Part shown: one piece after another, positions 1-13,418 of the stretch
How the letters are laid out: each line of letters starts with the position of its first letter
Position numbering within the stretch: position 1 is the first letter of the stretch
Source of the DNA: Macrostomum hystrix
Lineage: Eukaryota; Animalia; Platyhelminthes
Assembly (NCBI GenBank): GCA_950097015.1
Contig: CATNEN010000027.1
Span: 744,001-808,000, forward strand
Direction of reading: 5' to 3'
DNA length: 64,000 nucleotides
Notes under the pieces: model-generated
Database searches by the model: none
What the model saw: only the letters and a program-made list of their open reading frames with translations
Told to the model about the DNA's origin: nothing
Program-made: the position numbers and the translations under genes

Positions 1-308
1 ATGAGTGCTCGAACGGTGGAGGGTTTTAGTCCACTGGCGATGTGATAAAAGCGAGGGTTACAAATGGAAGTCGCTAGTTGACTCAATGACACTTTTTATT
101 CCGCAACAAATCCAATCGGAGTGCAACGGCAAACATTCAGCAGGGAATGCGACCTATTGAGTCAACATTGTCTTATCTGTGCTTGGCGATGGCTGCACTC
201 GTTCTGAGATTCGTCAAAGGTAAAACTGGGGGCACTACTGGTTGCTCAGCCTCAGACTAGCACGTCTGAATACTCACCCTGACTACCCTGCTTTGTCTTG
301 CTACCTAC

Positions 309-1377
309 CTACCTCCTACTGTCTACCTCCTACTGTCTACCTCCTACTGTCTACCTCCTACTGTCTACCTCCTACTGTCTACCTCCTACTGTCTACCTCC
401 TACTGTCTACCTCCTACTGTCTACCTCCTACTGTCTACCTCCTACTGTCTACATCCTACTGTCTACCTCCTACTGTCTACCCCCTACTGTCTACCTCCTA
501 CTGTCTACCTCCTACTGTCTACCTCCTACTGTCTACCTCCTACTGTCTAACTCCTACTGTCTAACTCCTACTGTCTACCTCCTACTGTCTACCTCCTACT
601 GTCTACCTCCTACTGTCTAACTCCTACTGTCTAACTCCTACTGTCTACCTCCTACTGTCTACCTCCTACTGTCTACCTCCTACTGTCTAACTCCTACTGT
701 CTACCTCCTACTGTCTACCTCCTACTGTCTACCCCCTACTGTCTACCCCCTACTGTCTACCTCCTACTGTCTACCTCCTACTGTCTACATCCTACTGTCT
801 ACATCCTACTGTCTACATCCTACTGTCTACCTCCTACTGTCTACCTCCTACTGTCTACCTCCTACTGTCTACCTCCTACTGTCTACCTCCTACTGTCTAC
901 CTCCTACTGTCTACCTCCTACTGTCTACCTCCTACTGTCTACCTCCTACTGTCTACCCCCTACTGTCTACCTCCTACTGTCTACCCCTACTGTCTACCCC
1001 CTACTGTCTACCCCCTACTGTCTACCCCCTACTGTCTACCCCCTACTGTCTACCCCCTACTGTCTACCCCCTACTGTCTACATCCTACTGTCTACATCCT
1101 ACTGTCTACATCCTACTGTCTACCTCCTACTGTCTACATCCTACTGTCTACCTCCTACTGTCTACATCCTACTGTCTACCTCCTACTGTCTACCTCCTAC
1201 TGTCTACCTCCTACTGTCTACCTCCTACTGTCTACCTCCTACTGTCTACATCCTACTGTCTACATCCTTCTGTCTACCCCCTACTGTCTACATCCTACTG
1301 TCTACATCCTTCTGTCTACCCCCTACTGTCTACCCCCTACTGTCTACCTCCAACTGTCTACCCTACTGTCTACCTCC
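309..1377. repeat. 14-bp minisatellite (CTACCTCCTACTGT)n
   Basis: Direct reading; boundaries approximate. Confidence 0.95.
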
Positions 1378-2159
1378 GTCTGACTCATTCAAATTAGCTC
1401 GCCGAATTTAATTAGTTTTTGAAAAGATTCATTTCAAAGTGTTCAATGTACCACTGGAAAGCCTCTAAGAATTTAAAAGATAGAAACTTAAAAAAAGTAC
1501 GAGTATGCGATCCACATGTAAATTAACATCGATTCTATATTCTAGACTTGAGAATTGAGAGCACGGCAGCTCAAACCCAGCTCACACCGAACATGAAAGG
1601 ATTGGAAAATTTCACCCACTCGCTATTCAGAACCAGTTGGTCTCTCGCAGGCATTATCAGTCACTGTCGGCTCAATGATTTCCTAGAATTTTTATGAGCC
1701 CAAATGCGGCCAGTGGAGTGTAAAGTTATTGCCTACTTTTGCTCGATTATTTTTTTCTTTGATTGGCTTTGGCTAATTCAGTGGATTTTATCTAAGCTAC
1801 ATCGGTTTTTGGGAAATTGTATTTTTGACATCGTCTGCTTGAATTCCCATTTGGAAAGTAAAACTGTCTTTCTATGCCACTTTTGGCTTAAAATTATCGT
1901 ATACTACTGGTAGTATTGGTACAAAAAATTTTTTGCGAGTAACTTACGCCGTGCTAACCGTATTTGTAACAAGCTACTGTAAGTAGCTTTGAAGGAAAGA
2001 TAAAAGGACAAGGAAGGACAATATTCTAAATTAATCTAAGGGAATGACTGGAATTTTTTCCTGGAAATAGTGTGTTTTATATTTACAATTCATTGGTGTT
2101 TTCAAGCTCGTATAAAAATGCTAAGGCTCACCAACCTACCAGTCCAAATCTAAACATAC

Positions 2160-2800
2160 CGAGATCCCAATTCACCGAAATCCCAATTCCCCGAAATCCC
2201 AATTCACCGAAATCCCTATTCACCCCAATCCCGATTCACCGAGATCCCAATTCACCGAAATCCCAATTCCTCGAAATCCCAATTCACCCCAATCCCGATT
2301 CACTGAAATCCCGATTCACCGCAATCCCGATTCACCGAAATCCGGGCAATTCACTGAGATCCCAATTCACCCCAATCCCGATTCACCGAAATCCCGATTT
2401 ACCGAAATCCCAATTCACCGAAATCAATATTCACCGAAATCCCAATACACCGAAATCCCTATTCACCGAAATCCCGATTCACTGAAATCCTGATTCACCG
2501 AAATCCCAATTCCCCGAAATCCAAATTCCCTGAAATCCCAATTCACCGAAATCTTGATTTACCGATATCCCGATTCACCGATATCCCAGTTCACCAAAAT
2601 CCAAATTCACCGAAATCCCAGTTCACCGAAATCCAAATTCACCGAAATCCCAATTCACCGAAATCCCAATTCACCGAAATCCCAATTCACCGAAATCCCA
2701 AATCACCGATATCCCAATTCACCGAAATTCCAATTCCCCGATATCCCAGTTCTCCAATTCGCAGAAATCCAAATTCACAAAAAGGTCGAATTCGCAGAAA
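2160..2800. repeat. Degenerate 16-bp minisatellite (CCCAATTCACCGAAAT)n
   Basis: Direct reading. Confidence 0.9.
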
Positions 2801-2933
2801 TCCTACTTTCTAGCTGATGAGGGCAAGAGCTCTGATTGGCTGCTGGCTGAGTGAGAGGCCCAAGCAGATATCTATATGGTACTCAAGCCAGTGCAGCAGA
2901 TCCGATGCATTGTTTTGCAGTTTAAAATGCAGC

Positions 2934-3012
2934 ATGGCTTTGTCAGGTAGTTTAGCCAGATTGATTCAAGCTTTGCTGACCTGGCTGCTCATTCTGTGTT
3001 TGGTGCCTTTCG
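2934..3012 (+). CDS. nAChR alpha-type subunit, exon 1 (signal peptide)
   Basis: ATG at 2934 gives MALSGSLARLIQALLTWLLILCLVPF, a hydrophobic signal-like peptide, ending at a phase-1 donor G|GTGAGT that matches the phase-1 acceptor at 7454. Full model join(2934..3012,7454..7623,8592..8636,11668..11774,12184..12722,13160..13863) = 1644 nt, 547 aa. Confidence 0.7.
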
Positions 3013-3243
3013 GTGAGTCCATTTTAATCGCCTCTACTTTGCCTCTCAATCTCATCGATTTTATCTTTCGACCCAGTTATTATCCGAGCATCAGAGATTG
3101 TATCGACATCAATCTCAACGACTGTTTTAGTAGATTTAATAATTTTGCTTCTCCATCCCAAATATTTTATTGATTTGACAATTCGATTTAAGAGCGTAAA
3201 TTTGTCACTCATTCATTCATTCACATTCACAGGCATTTGAATT

Positions 3244-5600
3244 TACAGGAAATCCTAATTCACCGAAATTTGAATTCACAGAAATCTGAGTTCACATAAT
3301 TTTGAATTCACAAAATTTTGAATTCACAGAAAATACTAATTCACAGAAATCTGAATTCACAGAAATCTGAATTCGCTTAAAATCCGAATTCACAGAAATC
3401 TGAAGTCACAGAAATCTGAATTCACTTAAAATCCGAATTCACAGAAATCTGAATTCATAGAAATCTGAATTCACAGAAATCTGAAGTCAAAGAAATCTAA
3501 TTTCATAGAAATCAGAATTCACAGAAATCTGAAGTCAAAGAAATCTGAATTCATAGAAATCTGAATTCACAGAAATCCGAATTCACAGAAATCTGAATTC
3601 ACTTAAAAATCCGAATTCACAGAAATCTGAAGTCACAGAAATCTGAATTCATATAAATCTGAATTCACAGAAATCCGAATTCACAGAAATCTGAATTCAC
3701 AGAAATCTGAAGTCTAAGAAATCTGAATTCATAGAAATCTGAATTCATAGAAATCTGAAGTCAAAGAAATCAGAATTCATAGAAATCTGAATTCACAGAA
3801 ATCTGAATTCATAGAAATCTGAATTCACTTAAAATCCGAATTCACAGAAATCTGAATTCATAGAAATCTGAATTCACAGAAATCTGAATTCACTTAAAAT
3901 CCGAATTCACAGAAATCTGAAGTCACAGAAATCTGAAGTCATAGAAATCTGAATTCACAGAAATCTGAATTCACTTAAAATCCGAATTCACAGAAATCTG
4001 AAGTCACAGAAATCTGAATTCACAGAAATCTGAATTCACTTAAAATCCGAATTCACAGAAATCTGAATTCACTTAAAATCCTAATTCACAGAAATCCGAA
4101 TTCATAGAAATCTGAAGTCACAGAAATCTGAATTCACATAAATCTGAATTCACAGAAATCTGAATTCACAGAAATCTGAATTCAATTAAAATCCGAATTC
4201 ACAGAAATCTGAAGTCACAGAAATCTGAATTCACAGGAATTTGAATTCACAGAAAATCCTAATTCACATAAATCTAAATTCATAGAAATCTGAATTCACA
4301 GAAATCTGAAGTCACAGAAATCTGAATTCACAGAAATCTGAATTCACTTAAAATCCGAATTCACAGAAATCTGAATTCACTTAAAATCCGAATTCACAGA
4401 AATCCGAATTCATAGAAATCTGAAGTCACAGAAATCTGAATTCACATAAATCTGAATTCACAGAAATCTGAATTCAATTAAAATCCGAATTCACAGAAAT
4501 CTGAAGTCACAGAAATCTGAATTCACAGGAATTTGAATTCACAGAAAATCCTAATTCACATAAATCTAAATTCATAGAAATCTGAATTCACAGAAATCTG
4601 AAGTCACAGAAATCTGAATTCACCGAAATCTGAATTCACTTAAAATCCGAATTCACAGAAATCTGAAGTCAAAGAAATCTGAATTCACAGAAATCTGAAG
4701 TCAAAGAAATCTGAATTCACAGAAATGTGAATTCACCGAAATCTGAATTCAATTAAAATCCGAATTCACAGAAATCTGAAGTCAAAGAAATCTTAATTCA
4801 CAGAAATGTGAATTCACTTAAAATCTGAATTCACAGAAATCTGAAGTCACAGAAATCTGAATTAACAGGAATTTGAATTCACAGAAAATCCTAATTCACA
4901 TAAATCTAAATTCATAGAAATCTGAATTCACAGAAATCTGAATTCACTGAAATCTGAATTCACTTAAAATCCGAATTCACAGAAATCTGAAGTCAAAGAA
5001 ATCTGAATTCACTTAAAATCCGAATTCACAGAAATCTGAAGTCAAAGAAATCTGAATTCACTTAAAATCCGAATTCACAGAAATCTGAAGTCAAAGAAAT
5101 CTGAATTCACAGAAATGTGAATTCACCGAAATCTGAATTCAATTAAAATCCGAATTCACAGAAATCTGAAGTCAAAGAAATCTGAATTCACAGAAATCTG
5201 AATTCACCGAAATCTGAATTCAATTAAAATCCGAATTCACAGAAATCTGAAGTCAAAGAAATCTGAATTCACAGAAATGTGAATTCACTTAAAATCTGAA
5301 TTCACAGAAATCTGAATTCACAGAAATCTGAAGTCAAAGAAATCTGAATTCACAGAAATGTGAATTCACTTAAAATCTGAATTCACAGAAATCTGAGTTC
5401 ACAGAAATGTGAATTCACTTAAAATCTGAATTCACAGAAATCTGAATTCACAGAAATCTGAATTCACAGAAATCTGAATTCACAGAAATCTGAATTCACA
5501 GAAATGTGAATTCACTTAAAATCTGAATTCACAGAAATCTGAATTCACAGAAATCTGAGTTCACAGAAATGTAAATTTACAGGAAATCCTAATTCACAGA
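3244..5600. repeat. 16-bp minisatellite (CTGAATTCACAGAAAT)n in nAChR intron 1
   Basis: Direct reading; an EcoRI palindrome in most units. Confidence 0.95.
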
Positions 5601-6187
5601 AGTCTGTATTTCTGCAAAAAACTTTTCTAGTGTAATTCCCAGACAGTTATCTTGATGTCGATAAAAAATTAAGAAATTAAGCAATCTCGCATATTTTGCT
5701 TCTGGGAGTGTAATTTACAAGCTCGTAATTGTTTATATCCTGAGTGGTCAAATAGTTTTCCCGAATCCCGTATCCAGCGGACAGCATTATTCTATTAGAG
5801 CTGTTGTTTCACGATGCGAGAATTCAGTTATCTCTGCTGCCTTTGCATCGAATGCTTCAATTGCCCCCAGCGCAATCAGAGAATATGGATGACCTCGTTG
5901 TAAGATCCCACTTGTTGGGATTTTATTGGCATTGTTCAGTATCCAATGCCAGTTCCTCTGCAGGCTTATTTCTTATCTCTAAGGCGTTCGCTGAAAAAAA
6001 ATCTGCATCTGAATCGGCGGTGAATCTGACTGCACTGACAATCCCAGTCTGACGAATATGGAGGTCGGGCAGAGTGCAGAATCGAAACTAAACAAGTACT
6101 GCAAACTTCGTAACAACAAAATTATCAAGTGGGGTTCTGTGGCTGAGTTTAGACAACTAGAGAGACTTTAGTCTCTAGAAAATTAAC

Positions 6188-7075
6188 TTGGGGATCGAGG
6201 ATCTGGACATGTGGGATCTAGGGATTCTAAAGATCTGGGGATCTGGGATTTGGGGATTTGGGATGTTGTAATCTTGGATCTGAAGATCTGGGATCAGAAG
6301 ATCTGGGATCTGAAGATTTGGGATCTGAAGATCTGGGATCTGAAGATCTGGGATCTGAAGATCTGGGATCTGAAGATCTGGGATCTGAAGATCTGGGATC
6401 TGAAGATCTGGGATCTGAAGATCTGGAATCTGGGAATCTGGGATCTGGGGATCTAAAGATCTGGGGATCTGGGATTTGGGGATCTTGGATTTGGGGATCT
6501 TGGATTTGGGGATCTGTGATCTGGGATCCTAGGATCTGGGGATCTGGGATTTGGGGATCTTGGATTTGGGATCTTGGAATTTGGAATCTGGGATTTGGGG
6601 ATCTCGAATTTAGGGATCTGGGATTTGGGGATCTGGGGATTTGGGGATATGGGATTTGGGGATCTGGGATTTGGGGATCTGGGATTTGGGGATCTGGGAT
6701 TTGGGGATCTGGGATTTGGGGATCTGGGATTTGGGGATCTGGGATTTGGGGATATGGGATTTGGGGATCTGGGATTTGGGGATCTGGGATTTGGGGATCT
6801 GGGATTTGGGGATATGGGATTTGGGGATCTGGGATTTGGGGATCTGGGATTTGGGAATCTGGGATTTGGGGATCTGGGATTTGGGGATCTGGGATTTGGG
6901 GATCTGGGATTTGGGGATCTGGGATTTGGGGATCTGGGATTTGGGGATCTGGGATTTGGGGATCTGGGATTTGGGGATCTGGGATTTGGGGATCTGGGAT
7001 TTGGGAATCTGGGATTTGGGGATCTGGGATTTGGGGATCTGGGATTTGGGGATCTGGGATTTGGGAATCTGGGAT
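6188..7075. repeat. 15-bp G-rich minisatellite, (GGGATCTGAAGATCT)n grading into (GGGATTTGGGGATCT)n
   Basis: Direct reading. Confidence 0.95.
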
Positions 7076-7453
7076 CTCGTACTTGTTGACTCGACTTTTT
7101 CTGTACTCATCAGACGAATATTCTTCAGGAATTCTAGTATGGCAGCGGATGGGGACAATTTTTGTGGGATAGCCTTCTTCCGAACGGCAGCTGTAAGAGA
7201 CAAGGTGATAATTAACCGGGCCATCCACACGCTTGAGTAGCATAATTAGGCGCATAATTGCAGCCCGCAGCCCGCAGCCTGAGCAGCCACTCCCTATGCT
7301 GCAAACCCAATCGTCTCATGCTCGCATGCGTGAACCCGCCAACTCTTTTGTTTTCTCGGAGGAATTTCCCCCCCACGCTGTAAATTCGATTACTTTCTCG
7401 ATCGTCCCGCATCTGTCAATCAAGAGGCCGCGAAATGTCCCCCCCCCCGCCAG

Positions 7454-7623
7454 GTGACGCTTACACCTGGACAGCTGATATGCCGCATGGCAACGCGTCG
7501 GTGGAGTACCGGCTGAAGCAATTCCTCATGCGCGGATACGACATCACCAGCCGGCCCGTCAGGCAGGACGCCACGGCCATCGACTGCCGACTTGGCATGT
7601 CGCTGTTCCACATCCTTGACACT
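7454..7623 (+). CDS. nAChR alpha-type subunit, exon 2
   Basis: Acceptor CCGCCAG|. Encodes EYRLKQFLMRGYDITSRPVRQ...LFHILDT, matching the Cys-loop N-terminal L-x3-L-x3-Y-x4-RPV pattern. Weak donor GTGCGC. Confidence 0.85.
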
Positions 7624-7769
7624 GTGCGCGATATTTGGCTGGGCATTGGGCGGTGGGGTATTGTGCTGCAGCAATGGTGGGCTAATTATGGGGCGGTAGT
7701 TTTGAAGTGGATATTGTGGGATATTTCGGGCTGGGAATCTAGGATTTGTGCGGTGGTCATTGCCGGTGG

Positions 7770-8170
7770 GTAATATGGTTGGGTAATACGAGGTGGATAA
7801 TATGGGTGTGTAATATGGATGGGTAATCTGGGTGGGTTATATAGGTGGTTAATACGAGATAGGTAATATGTGTGGGTAAAATGGTTGGGTAATACGAGGT
7901 GGGTAATATGGGTGGGTAATATGGGTGGGTAATATGGGTGGGTAATATGGGTGGGTAATATGGGTGGGTAATACGGGTGGGTAATATGAATGGGTAATAT
8001 GAATGGGTAATACGGGGTGGGTTATATAGGTGGGTAAGGCGAGATGGGTAATATGTGTGGGTAATATGGGTGGGTAATATGGGTGGGTAATATGGGTGGG
8101 TAATACGGGTGGGTAATATGGGTGGGTAATATAGGTGGGTAATATGGATGGGTAGTATGGGTGGGAAATA
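7770..8170. repeat. 13-bp G-rich minisatellite (GGGTGGGTAATAT)n
   Basis: Direct reading. Confidence 0.9.
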
Positions 8171-8591
8171 TGGATGGATATTGTGGATTGTTTATTGTGT
8201 GGCGCAATTGAAAGTTGGGTATTTCGAAATTAATACTGCTAGTTAATTATTTTGTGTAGTCATTGGTAGTATAGAAAAATATGACACGACACCCATTTTT
8301 AACGGCGAAATACATAAGAAGTGCAGCATAGGAAAATCCTGTACATTCGACACTTGACACATCAATAGAGAAAATAGAAAAATAAGTGTCATATTTTTCT
8401 ATACTACAGTCATTGTGTACTCAGGCGTTTCTATGAAATAGTGCTCACAATTAGATTGTGATGTTTGAGTTTTTAGCTTTGTGAATAAGTTCGATAAATT
8501 GATTTATAATTGAAAGATTGACAGTCCACTCAAAGCTTATACTGAATTGTTTGCATAAGCCTTGCCTACTTGCTTGTTTGATTACCTGCAG

Positions 8592-8636
8592 AGCGAGAGG
8601 CATCAGACTGTATCCGCTTTGATGTCCCTGCGAGTG
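8592..8636 (+). CDS. nAChR alpha-type subunit, exon 3 (45 nt)
   Basis: CCTGCAG|SERHQTVSALMSLRV|GTAAGT. Same size and position as the 45-nt DEKNQVLTTNIWLQM exon of alpha7-type genes. Confidence 0.85.
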
Positions 8637-8667
8637 GTAAGTGCATTGCGATTCTAACTCTGAGGAA

Positions 8668-11360
8668 TCACACTGTCACCATCACAATCACACTGTGACC
8701 ATCACAATCACACTGTCACCATCACAAACACACTGTCACCATCACAAACACACTGTCACCATCAAAAACACACTGTCACCATCACAAACACACTGTCACC
8801 ATCACAAACACACTGTCACCATCACAAACACACTGTGACCATCACAAACACACTGTCACCATCACAAACACACAGTGACCATCACAAACACACTGTCACC
8901 ATCACAAACACACTGTGACCATCACAAACACACTGTGACTGTCACAAACACACTGTCACCATCACAAACACACAGTCACCATCACAAACACACTGTGACC
9001 ATCACAAACACACTGTGACCATCACAAACACACTGTCACCATCACAAACACACTGTGACTGTCACAAACACACTGTCACCATCACAAACACACTGTCACC
9101 ATCACAAACTCACTGTCACCATCACAAACACACTGTGACCATCACAAACACACTGTGACCATCACAAACTCACTGTCACCATCACAAACACACTGTCACC
9201 ATCACAAACTCACTGTCACCATCACAAACACACTGTGACCATCACAAACACACTGTCACCATCACAAACACACAGTGACCATCACAAACACACTGTCACC
9301 ATCACAAACACACTGTGACCATCACAAACACACTGTGACTGTCACAAACACACTGTGACCATCACAAACACACTGTGACTGTCACAAACACACTGTGACC
9401 ATCACAAACTCACTGTCACCATCACAAACACACTGTCACCATCACAAACTCACTGTCACCATCACAAACACACTGTGACCATCACAAACACACTGTGACC
9501 ATCACAAACACACTGTCACCATCACAAACACAATGTCACCATCACAAACACACTGTCACCATCACAAACACACTGTCACCATTACAAACACACTGTCACC
9601 ATCACAAACTCACTGTGACCATCACAAACTCACTGTCACCATCACAAACACACTGTGACTGTCACAAACACACTGTGACCATAACAAACTCACTGTCACC
9701 ATCACAAACACACTGTCACCATCACAAACTCACTGTCACCATCACAAACACACTGTGACTGTCACAAACACACTGTCACCATCACAAACACACTGTCACC
9801 ATCACAAACACACTCTGACCATCACAAACTCACTGTCACCATCACAAACACACTGTCACCATCACAAACACACTGTGACTGTCACAAACACACTGTCACC
9901 ATCACAAACACACTGTGACTGTCACAAACACACTGTCACCATCACAAACACACTGTCACCATCACAAACACACTCTGACCATCACAAACTCACTGTCACC
10001 ATCACAAACACACTGTCACCATCACAAACACACTGTGACCATCACAAACACACTGTGACCATCACAAACACACTGTGACCATCACAAACTCACTGTCACC
10101 ATCACAAACACACTGTCACCATCACAAACTCACTGTCACCATCACAAACACACTGTCACCATCACAAACACACTGTGACTGTCACAAACACACTGTCACC
10201 ATCACAAACACACTGTCACCATCACAAACACACTGTGACCATCACAAACACACTGTGACCATCACAAACACACTGTCACCATCACAAACACACTGTGACC
10301 ATCACAAACACACTGTGACCATCACAAACACACTGTGACCATCACAAACTCACTGTCACCATCACAAACACACTGTCACCATCACAAACACACTGTCACC
10401 ATCACAAACTCACTGTCACCATCACAAACACACTGTCACCATCACAAACACACAGTGACCATCACAAACTCACTGTCACCATCACAAACACACTGTCACC
10501 ATCACAAACACACAGTGACCATCACAAACTCACTGTCACCATCACAAACTCACTGTCACCATCACAAACACACTGTCACCATCACAAACACACTGTGACT
10601 GTCACAAACACACTGTGACTATCACAAACACACAGTGACTGTCACAAACACACAGTGACCATCACAAACACACAGTGACTGTCACAAACACACTGTCACC
10701 ATCACAAACTCACTGTCACCATCACAAACACACTGTGACCATCACAAACTCACTGTCACCATCACAAACACACTGTCACCATCACAAACACACAGTGACC
10801 ATCACAAACTCACTGTCACCATCACAAACACACTGTCACCATCACAAACTCACTGTCACCATCACAAACACACTGTCACCATCACAAACACACAGTGACC
10901 ATCACAAACTCACTGTCACCATCACAAACTCACTGTCACCATCACAAACACACTGTCACCATCACAAACACACTGTGACTGTCACAAACACACTGTGACT
11001 ATCACAAACACACAGTGACTGTCACAAACACACAGTGACCATCACAAACACACAGTGACTGTCACAAACACACTGTCACCATCACAAACTCACTGTCACC
11101 ATCACAAACACACAGTGACCATCACAAACACACTGTGACTGTCACAAACACACTGTGACTGTCACAAACACACTGTCACCATCACAAACTCACTGTCACC
11201 ATCACAAACACACAGTGACCATCACAAACACACTGTCACCATCACAAACACACTGTGACCATCACAAACACACTGTGACCATCACAAACACACAGTGACC
11301 ATCACAAACACACTGTGACCATCACAAACACACAGTGACTGTCACAAACTCACTGTGACT
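8668..11360. repeat. 20-bp minisatellite (CACTGTCACCATCACAAACA)n in nAChR intron 3
   Basis: Direct reading; strict 20-nt register for about 135 units. Confidence 0.97.
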
Positions 11361-11667
11361 GTTGAAATAGAGTATCAAATTATGGTCCATTTAACCCAAG
11401 TTTGAGTTTCCAGTTTTACTTCGCGAAAAATGAAACTAAAAATGATGAGGATTTGTTTGAAAATTGGACAGCAATCACGATTCTCACCAGCTCGTATTGC
11501 ACTTCGAAATTTTCCGTTTCTGGCGCAAAGCTAAATTTAAATTCTTTCTGACAAGCGTTTCCGTTGACCATTTGCAAAGTTGATTTCAGTTTATGCCATT
11601 TTTTTGTCGTGAAAAAACGGTAATTTTTTTAAGTAAAGACACTTACCGAATACTGGGATTCCTGCAG

Positions 11668-11774
11668 CACTGGCGAGACGAGTACATTAGATGGAATCGC
11701 AGCGACTATAATATTGAAAAGATCTGGATACCGGCTCGGAGTATCTGGCGCCCCGATCTCATCATTACCAACTA
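11668..11774 (+). CDS. nAChR alpha-type subunit, exon 4
   Basis: CCTGCAG|HWRDEYIRWNRSDYNIEKIWIPARSIWRPDLIITN|GTGAGT; contains the W-x-P-D motif. Confidence 0.92.
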
Positions 11775-11913
11775 GTGAGTGATTCATGCTGCCGGCTAAA
11801 TCTTACTTAACAACTCACAGAGCTACTAATAATGTCACAAAACATCATAGAGGAGAGACATAGAATCTGATATGGGAGAGATCAGAAACGGGAGAGATAA
11901 GACAGGGAAAAGA

Positions 11914-12063
11914 TGAGACACGGGAGAGATTAGACACGGGAGAGGTGTCTCACGGGAGAGGTGAGACACGGGAGAGGTGAGACACGGGAGAGGTGAGACA
12001 CGGGAGAGGTGAGACACGGGAGAGGTGAGACACGGGAGAGGTGAGACACGGGAGAGGTGAGAC
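11914..12063. repeat. 16-bp minisatellite (GAGAGGTGAGACACGG)n
   Basis: Direct reading. Confidence 0.9.
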
Positions 12064-12183
12064 AATGGAAAGATAATAGAGGGGAGAGAGGTCCTGTGAT
12101 AGTGAAGCAAGACACCAGAGCAATAAGTCAAAAATTATTCTACAGAACAATCGAACAACGTCCCTCCGCCCTGACATTACCAG

Positions 12184-12722
12184 CGCAAATGACGAGTACT
12201 CTGACTATATCAACACTAACGCCATTGTGGACTACACCGGCAAGGTCATGTGGACCTTTCCCATTGTGGTGAAGATGTACTGCACCCTGGACGTTCGCTA
12301 CTTTCCATTCGACACGCAGGACTGCAACGTGACCTTCATGTCGTGGACCTACGACGGCTTCAGGCTGCGCCTGAATCACACCGGTCGCGAGGATCAGAAG
12401 GTCTACTACGAGCCACGAAATCAGGAATGGATGGTGACGACAATTGTGCCTTACCAGGAGAACCGAATCTATCCCTGCTGCCCGGAGCCCTTCCCTGTGC
12501 TGCACTTCACCATCCACATGTACCGGCGCTGCCTGTTCTACGTCATCAACCTGATCTGCCCCTGCCTGCTGATCTACTGCGTCAGCTTTCTGGGATTCTT
12601 CTTGCCGATTGAGTCCGGTGAGAAGGTCAACCTGGAGATCACCGTCCTGCTAGCCCTGGTTGTGTTCCTGCTCATGGTCAGCGAGAACATGCCGCCAACG
12701 CCCGATGCTGTGCCAGTGGTTG
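12184..12722 (+). CDS. nAChR alpha-type subunit, exon 5 (Cys-loop, loops B/C, M1-M2)
   Basis: Cys-loop CTLDVRYFPFDTQDC, SWTYDG, vicinal cysteines YPCCPEPF (alpha-type), M1 LFYVINLICPC, M2 GEKVNLEITVLLALVVFLLMVSE; donor G|GTGAGT. Confidence 0.97.
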
Positions 12723-12833
12723 GTGAGTGGCGGCGTTGCTATGGAACCATTTGAGACTACTCATAGCCAAATAATTTTCATTAATTGGGGATGGGGCTAT
12801 CAAAATCAAATCCACGATTATAAGGTAGTTTAC

Positions 12834-13070
12834 TTGGACCTCTTCATCGTCAACTGACCAATTCAAGTGTCAACTGGACCTCTTCAAAAGTCAACTGGAC
12901 CTCTTCAAACGTCAACTGGACCTCTTCAAACGTCAACTGGACCTCTTCGAACGTCAACTGGACCTCTTCATCGTCAACTAGACTCTTTAAACAACAACTG
13001 GACCTCTTCAAACGTCAACTGGACCTCTTCAAACGTCAACTGGACCTCTTCAAACGACAACTGGACCTCT
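12834..13070. repeat. 21-bp minisatellite (CAACTGGACCTCTTCAAACGT)n
   Basis: Direct reading. Confidence 0.9.
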
Positions 13071-13159
13071 TAGCTAAAACTGTTTAAATTTGTCCCATTA
13101 GTTAAAAGCAAAAACTGCTGCTTTTAAAACTGTACCAATCTCCGTCCTGTCGCCCGCAG

Positions 13160-13364
13160 GCCTTCTATTCAGCGTGACAATGATCATGGTGGCCCTGGCG
13201 GTGGTCATGGCCGTGACCGTCACCTTCGTGTTTTTCTCCCAGCCCCACTCGCCGCCGCCGGCCTACGCTCTGCGACTCGCCCGCCTCTATCGTCGATGGC
13301 GACGCCGGCCAGCAGCCGCTGCGGCGGCCGCAGCAGCCAGGCGCCAAATTCGAGCCCAACAGCA

Positions 13365-13418
<54 letters not shown>

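Noticed and set aside
5885-5965. Alternative nAChR signal-peptide exon (KIPLVGILLALFSIQC)
   Set aside because: No in-frame ATG (a TGA lies just upstream) and no phase-compatible GT donor.
6211-7255. (GIWDL)n, (QIPDP)n and (GFGDL)n ORFs
   Set aside because: Translations of the 15-bp intronic minisatellite in all frames.
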